A DNA stretch of 64,000 nt from Nitrososphaerota archaeon (lineage in GTDB: Archaea; Thermoproteota; Nitrososphaeria_A; Caldarchaeales; Calditenuaceae): positions 32,001 through 96,000 of the forward strand of contig JAWBQR010000006.1 in assembly GCA_038845265.1 (NCBI GenBank), written 5' to 3'. Shown one piece after another: positions 58,715 to 64,000 of the stretch. Made by a program: the position numbers and the translations under genes. Below the pieces are notes generated by a model. That model saw nothing but the letters and a program-made list of their open reading frames with translations. It was not told where the DNA came from and did no database searches. Position 1 is the first letter of the stretch; the number at the start of each line of letters is the position of its first letter.

Positions 58715-60072
58715 GATTTATCACCTTTTATGGTAATTATCTTTTCAATCATATGCCTCTTTGCAATTGTAGAGGCCTTTATCGCGGCTGAACTAGCCAT
58801 CGTTACAGAGTCTGGAATGTCCCTTGCTTCAGCTGCGCCCCCAATGACAAAAATTCCCTCCATAGAAGTTGAGACAGTGTCAAGATAGGGATCCATAAGC
58901 TGTATAAATCCTCCTTTATCTGTCTTCAGTGGTATGGAAGAAATTTTATTAGGCCTAACTGCAACTGATAGAACCACCATATCAAATTCTTCTTTCTTCA
59001 TGTAGCTATGCAGGGTATCCTCATAGAATAATATTAAATTCTTATTGTGCGGGTTCTCAATGATCTTGACTACTTTACCTCTGACATATTTTACTCCATA
59101 CTCCGTCATGGCTCTTTTGAAGAATTCATAGAATCCCTTACCAAATGCCCTCATATCCATAAAATAAATCGTAGTATCCACGTCTGGAATGTGTTCTTTT
59201 GCTAGAATCGCTTGCTTCGTAGCGGCCATGCAGCAAAACGCAGAACAGTAATGATTGAATCTTATATCTCTTGAACCAACGCATTGAATCCAAGCTATCT
59301 TTTTTGGATGCTTTCCATCTGACCTTCTAATTAACTCTCCATTTGTTGGTCCTGTTGATGATACTAATCTCTCAAACTCTAGATGAGTGTAAACATTCTG
59401 ATATTTACCGTAACCATACTCAGGAATGTTACGTGCATCATATAGGTCTAGACCAGTAGCGACTATTATCGCTGCGACATTAATCTCAATGATTTCTGAC
59501 TGTTGATTATAGTCAATAGCCTTTGTTGGGCAAACCTTCTCACATGCACCACATAACGGCTTTCCTTTTGCTTTTTCTTTAAGGTCAGGAGGTGGGTTTA
59601 GTCTCAGACATTGTGTAGGATCAATCAGTGCTTTTCGCGGGACTGCCTGAGGATATTCAATGTATATTGCCTTTCTTTGGCTGAGATTTGCGTTATACAG
59701 ATCTGAGACTTTAACCGGGCATCGCTCGATACATGTCCCGCATCCTGTACATTTATTCCAATCAACATATCTTGGCTTCTTTAAAATCCTAACTGTAAAA
59801 TCCCCTATCTTTCCTTTTACTTCCTGCACCTCTGAATACGTCAGAAGCTTTACATTACTATATCTCAGAAGCGCTGCCATCTTTGGAGTCAATATGCATG
59901 ACGCACAGTCAAGTGTTGGAAACGTCTTGTCAAGTTGTGCCATCTTTCCACCAATACTCGGATTCTTTTCTACTAGATAGACTTCAACTCCGTGTTCGGC
60001 GAGGTCAAGACTGGCCTGAATTCCCGCAATACCGCCACCTATTACGAGTACTGGTTTACTCAAGTATCTCAC
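58711..60072 (-). CDS. hdrA: Second HdrA-family subunit, lacking the N-terminal and C-terminal domains (QmoA-like size)
   Basis: GGGIAG, GGKMAQLDKTFPTLDCASCIL, inserted ferredoxin, LEFERL, QCVGSRD, CSAFCCMAATKQA, RDIPDSV. Confidence 0.88.
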   Translation of the reverse strand: MRYLSKPVLVIGGGIAGIQASLDLAEHGVEVYLVEKNPSIGGKMAQLDKTFPTLDCASCILTPKMAALLRYSNVKLLTYSEVQEVKGKIGDFTVRILKKPRYVDWNKCTGCGTCIERCPVKVSDLYNANLSQRKAIYIEYPQAVPRKALIDPTQCLRLNPPPDLKEKAKGKPLCGACEKVCPTKAIDYNQQSEIIEINVAAIIVATGLDLYDARNIPEYGYGKYQNVYTHLEFERLVSSTGPTNGELIRRSDGKHPKKIAWIQCVGSRDIRFNHYCSAFCCMAATKQAILAKEHIPDVDTTIYFMDMRAFGKGFYEFFKRAMTEYGVKYVRGKVVKIIENPHNKNLILFYEDTLHSYMKKEEFDMVVLSVAVRPNKISSIPLKTDKGGFIQLMDPYLDTVSTSMEGIFVIGGAAEARDIPDSVTMASSAAIKASTIAKRHMIEKIITIKGDKS

Positions 60073-61186
60073 CTCTTATGAACCCTTTTCTCGCGCTTAC
60101 GTAATTAGCGATTGACTTGTATAACCAGTGGTTATGTTTGCCGAACGGTACCTCGAGTAAAAGGAAGGGAAAGACGACACCAATATGTAAGACATAAATT
60201 ACATAAGACATGAAATAAACATTTAGATCGTTAAAGATATTCATGAGTAGGCCTGTTAAGCCTATTACGAAGACATACCCTAAACTAATCCAATCAGTGG
60301 AGTGTCTAAACATCTTATAATACCAATGAATCTTTGGAGAATTACTAAGACGCTTAACAAATGGTAAGCCTGCACCGACTACGAGTAGCAGAGCAGCTAC
60401 GTATCTACTCGCCATAATCACGTATGCGAATGGATAGATAGAGTAAATTGCGGGATAGATCAAGTAGATAAGGACTAGCAATATGTATAGAATTATCCCT
60501 GCTAGTATGAACATATGTTCAAGAATCCTTATTCTTTTATCGGAAATTTTTAATGCGTCATTCTCACTCTTTATCCAAAATCTTAATACTCTCTTAAATG
60601 ATTCGAAGAAACTGATGACATAATCTTTGCCGCCACCCACAAATTTGTACATTCTATATCCATTGCTTGCTAATAATCCAAGGCTAAGCACTGTTAAAAG
60701 TATTCCTATTGGTAGTATTTCAGGCAAGTTTACAAAAACGTTTTTTGATAAATAATTCATTATTGAGGAATAGAATATCGATAATAATCCAACGATAGAG
60801 ATCATTGATAGAATAAAAGTGACCAAGAGTTTTTTCTTTAATGAGGAGAAGTACCACCACTTTGATATTCCTGTCCAGTCGTAAAGCGTGCTTTGGTATC
60901 TTCTTAATGATGCTAGTATCTCACATGGATTAGCATCTCGTGGACATGCTTCAATACAGTCTCCGTGAACATTACACAGCCAAGGCACTAGGTCTTTCTG
61001 AAGCTTATCCACAAATCCCAGTTGCGCATACTTAATTACTCTTCTAAAACTAATAAACATGCCTTCAGCTATAGCACAGGTTGCAGTGCAGGAACCACAT
61101 TGATAGCATTTGAAGATGCCTTTGCCTCCTAGTTCTATTATTTCCTTGTTGATATCTTTAAAAGATATATAAGGAGTTGCCTTCAT
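60056..61186 (-). CDS. QmoC-like subunit 2 (HdrC-type Fe-S domain plus cytochrome-b-like TM domain)
   Basis: CYQCGSCTATC and WLCNVHGDCIEACP; about 6 TM helices with His (LEHM, RHSTDW, LHIG, KHNH). Confidence 0.75.
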   Translation of the reverse strand: MKATPYISFKDINKEIIELGGKGIFKCYQCGSCTATCAIAEGMFISFRRVIKYAQLGFVDKLQKDLVPWLCNVHGDCIEACPRDANPCEILASLRRYQSTLYDWTGISKWWYFSSLKKKLLVTFILSMISIVGLLSIFYSSIMNYLSKNVFVNLPEILPIGILLTVLSLGLLASNGYRMYKFVGGGKDYVISFFESFKRVLRFWIKSENDALKISDKRIRILEHMFILAGIILYILLVLIYLIYPAIYSIYPFAYVIMASRYVAALLLVVGAGLPFVKRLSNSPKIHWYYKMFRHSTDWISLGYVFVIGLTGLLMNIFNDLNVYFMSYVIYVLHIGVVFPFLLLEVPFGKHNHWLYKSIANYVSARKGFIRGEILE

Positions 61187-62349
61187 ATTTTTGTCACTTC
61201 AGTTATTTTGGATTGACGAATTTCGTTAATTTTAGAGAAATATAAAGCGATGGGGCGGTAGGCAATATGTGCCCACTTCGTGAACGGTACACCTAATATG
61301 AGAAATGGCACAACGACCATTAGATGGAGTGAGAAAACTACGTATGTACCTATTGGCCATCCAATACTTCTAAATATGCCTGTTAACAATCCTGTAATGG
61401 ATATCAGTACTAATAGAATGATGAACATCCAATCAGTTGGATGTGAATATTTCCAGAGTGGTTTATTCTTTTTAATGCGCCCGCTAATTACTGTAAGTCC
61501 TCCATAGGCAATTGTAAAGACCGAAAATAGTCCAATTATGCTAAGGGGTGAAACGAATAAAAATGGATCATTTGTATGCGTAAACACCAAAAGCAGTTCG
61601 AACAGTACTAGAGAGGCTACATAGCCATAAAATATTAATAAATGAACTAACCAGTATTTTCTATCATTGCAATAGCTGAATAGCTTCTGTGTAAGGAAAT
61701 TAGGAATAAGCGTCTTAAAGAATTCTCTAACATAAATCAACAAAGGCAGTTTTACTTTAAGGTTTGAAGTTAGTCGATACATCCGGTAAATATTTATGAG
61801 AAGTATTGATGCGAGAACCGCAAAAATGAGCCGTCCAGCATTTTCCACGATTTCTATTGGAGCAAAGACAGCTAAAGCCACCTGATCTAGTATTATCGGT
61901 CCATGAAACAGGTAAATAATAATGCCTGTTAAAATTGATAATGATAAGATTGCAAAGAGCAATATCTTATTGTTAAGATATAGTAGTTTTGAGATTCCGG
62001 TCCAGTCATAAACCATGGTTAGATATCTTCTAAGCGTCATCATAAGCTCGCTTGGATTTGCATCACGTGGACAAGAATTACTGCACTCTCCGCAGGCATA
62101 ACATAACCATGGTGTCAGGTCGCTTGATATTTTTTTATCTAGTCCAAGCTGAGCATATTTAATCGATCTTCTAAAACTAATTAAGTAATCCTCAGATATT
62201 GGACAAATCGCAGTACATGACCCGCATTGATAGCACTTCATAATTCCATCGCCGCCTAATCTAATTATTACGTCGGTAATCTTTTCTTCTTTTTGAATCG
62301 GCATTAATAGTGTTGCCACAGGCTGCCTTATTCCCATGCTACTATTCAA
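61183..62349 (-). CDS. QmoC-like subunit 1 (HdrC-type Fe-S domain plus cytochrome-b-like TM domain)
   Basis: CYQCGSCTAICP and WLCYACGECSNSCPRDANP; TM His motifs VHLL, SHPTDW, LHLM, PFTKWAHIAYRP. Confidence 0.8.
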   Translation of the reverse strand: MNSSMGIRQPVATLLMPIQKEEKITDVIIRLGGDGIMKCYQCGSCTAICPISEDYLISFRRSIKYAQLGLDKKISSDLTPWLCYACGECSNSCPRDANPSELMMTLRRYLTMVYDWTGISKLLYLNNKILLFAILSLSILTGIIIYLFHGPIILDQVALAVFAPIEIVENAGRLIFAVLASILLINIYRMYRLTSNLKVKLPLLIYVREFFKTLIPNFLTQKLFSYCNDRKYWLVHLLIFYGYVASLVLFELLLVFTHTNDPFLFVSPLSIIGLFSVFTIAYGGLTVISGRIKKNKPLWKYSHPTDWMFIILLVLISITGLLTGIFRSIGWPIGTYVVFSLHLMVVVPFLILGVPFTKWAHIAYRPIALYFSKINEIRQSKITEVTKI

Positions 62350-62480
62350 TATTTAAATTATGACTATATATAGATGTGTTTAATTGGACTTACTGCATTA
62401 AGTTAAATATATCTGTATCTATTTGAAATTAATTGTAGGTAAGACATACATTTTAGTTAGAATTGTGACGTAAATTTTTG

Positions 62481-62888
62481 ATGCATGAATTCACCGTAGC
62501 AATGGGGATTGTAGATTCATTAAAAGAATTATATTTAAACAAGGGTTTCAAGATTAATAGTTTCAAGATAGTTATCGGTGAATTATCGATGTTTAATCCA
62601 AGCATAATTAATGATCTTGTTAGAGAATTAATTAAGGAAACAGAATTAGAAAACACTAAATTTAAAGTAATTATTGAGGAAGCAAAAATCAAATGTGAAT
62701 CATGCAATGAAACTCACAGCTTTAATGAACTCTCAAAACAGTTAAGTGAGGAAGAAAAAGAGATGATTCATTTTATTCCTGAATTAATTTCATCATATAT
62801 GAAGTGTCCATCATGTAGTAGTAGAGATCTAAAGATTATGAGTGGGAGGGGAGTAAAGGTGATTGACATTGCGTTGCAAAAACGATAA
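62481..62888 (+). CDS. hypA: Hydrogenase nickel metallochaperone HypA
   Basis: MHE N-terminus, IGELS, CESC…(EMIHFIPE insertion)…CPSC, SGRG. Confidence 0.93.
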   Translation: MHEFTVAMGIVDSLKELYLNKGFKINSFKIVIGELSMFNPSIINDLVRELIKETELENTKFKVIIEEAKIKCESCNETHSFNELSKQLSEEEKEMIHFIPELISSYMKCPSCSSRDLKIMSGRGVKVIDIALQKR

Positions 62889-63648
62889 GGAAATAATAGA
62901 TTATAGAGAATCCCTAATAAGAAAAAGGCTTAGCAAGATATCGTCTTCAATTTTTATCGGTAGTGGTAAGGGTGGAGTCGGTAAAAGCCTAATAGCAGCG
63001 ACGATGGGATTAATACTAAGCTCTGAGGGTTTCAAAACTGGACTTTTAGACCTAGATATGCACGGCCCTTCATCATCTGCAATTCTTAATATTAATGAGC
63101 TACCACGCGAAGAAAAAGAAGGGTTAAAGCCACCAACAATATGTGGATTAAAGGTCATGTCTGTAGGCTTGTTTGTAAAGGATTCGCCATTACCATTAGG
63201 CGGCCAAGCAAAAAGAGAAATCTTAAAAGAATTACTAGCGATTACAGACTTCGCCACTCTTGACTATTTAATAGTAGATCTTCCCCCTGGAACAGGTGAT
63301 GAGTCATTGGCAGCAATCAATTTTATTACTAATAATAGAGGAGTAATTCTAGTCTCTACACCCTCACTATTGTCACTCGAGGTCGTGAGACGAACTGCTT
63401 ACTTCTTTATCGATATGAAGATCAAAATACTGGGATTAATAGAGAATATGGTTAGAGAGGATAAGTTTGGTTACACTTATAAACTTGCACAAGAATTAGG
63501 AGCGCCCTTTTTGGGATACGTCCCATTCGACGAAAAGGTAATGTTTATCTATGAAAAATTAGAACCTAAATCATTGATAAATACGAAATTTTCCGAGGCA
63601 CTAAAAAACGTATTAATAAACGCAAAAATTCTCAGACATTATCACTAA
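62863..63648 (+). CDS. Mrp/MinD-family ATPase, probable Thermococcales-type HypB
   Basis: SGKGGVGKS, DLDMHGPS, DLPPGTGD, GLIENM with no following CxxC; coupled to hypA. Confidence 0.8.
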   Translation: MTLRCKNDKEIIDYRESLIRKRLSKISSSIFIGSGKGGVGKSLIAATMGLILSSEGFKTGLLDLDMHGPSSSAILNINELPREEKEGLKPPTICGLKVMSVGLFVKDSPLPLGGQAKREILKELLAITDFATLDYLIVDLPPGTGDESLAAINFITNNRGVILVSTPSLLSLEVVRRTAYFFIDMKIKILGLIENMVREDKFGYTYKLAQELGAPFLGYVPFDEKVMFIYEKLEPKSLINTKFSEALKNVLINAKILRHYH

Positions 63649-63786
63649 GAAGCTAGATTTTGGTCCGATTAAATTTGATTTATAATAATTTTAAACCATT
63701 AAATTATGTTTAATTAGCCGATGTAAAAAATTATTAAAAAGAATAAGATGCATTATTTTTAATTTAAAAAATGTAGAGTTTCAAGT

Positions 63787-64000
63787 TTAAGCAAATTCTA
63801 TTGTTGTACCTATGTTTTTCTCTTTTGCTAATCTATATGCCACGAGAGCCGCTGCCACATCTTGTATTCCTAGGCCAGATGAATCCATGATAGTTATCTC
63901 TGATTCAGAGGTCCGCCCCGGTTTTTTTCCTGCTATAATTTCTCCCAGCTCAGCGTAAATTAATTCAGGCTTAAGATAATCCTTCTCAAGGGCGACTTCT
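63787..64000 (-). CDS. Ornithine cyclodeaminase/mu-crystallin (archaeal alanine dehydrogenase-like), 3' end only
   Basis: Manual translation: …IYAELGEIIAGKKPGRTSESEITIMDSSGLGIQDVAAA…GTTIEFA-stop. Confidence 0.88.
   Translation of the reverse strand, partial: EVALEKDYLKPELIYAELGEIIAGKKPGRTSESEITIMDSSGLGIQDVAAALVAYRLAKEKNIGTTIEFA

Noticed and set aside
53904-60072. Selenocysteine recoding in mvh/hdr genes; inference of methanogenesis or sulfate reduction
   Set aside because: All ligand positions are Cys codons with no in-frame TGA; no mcr, hdrB, apr or dsr genes in the window

Overview
Gene-dense archaeal chromosome segment, most likely from a thermophilic TACK lineage. Aigarchaeota/Caldarchaeales is a guess based on gene content: aIF2-gamma, L7Ae/S28e/L24e, a TackOD1 protein, ThermoDBP-RP, DGGGP synthase, tetraether synthase and frequent TTG/GTG starts. 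From left to right: (1) a type IV pilin/adhesin-like operon with Thr-rich proteins, divergent from a membrane TackOD1 protein; (2) translation and housekeeping genes, including a class II RNR, tyrS, endA and pheST; (3) an unannotated box H/ACA guide RNA downstream of tyrS, predicted to target 23S helix 69; (4) an ETF/EMO(FadF) module containing a frameshifted 5-formyl-THF cyclo-ligase-like gene; (5) thiamine salvage genes; (6) sufS and a DtxR-family regulator with a perfect 31-bp palindromic operator ahead of a Zn/Mn ABC transporter; (7) tes; (8) a ~15.6 kb group 3c [NiFe]-hydrogenase cluster. That cluster is the most novel-looking system: mvhDGA sit with two dissimilar hdrA genes and two QmoC-like membrane subunits, there is no hdrB, HypC is fused to a hotdog thioesterase, and the HypB is of the Mrp type. 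No tRNA, rRNA, CRISPR array or mobile element was recognised. All calls come from manual motif reading; no database searches were run.
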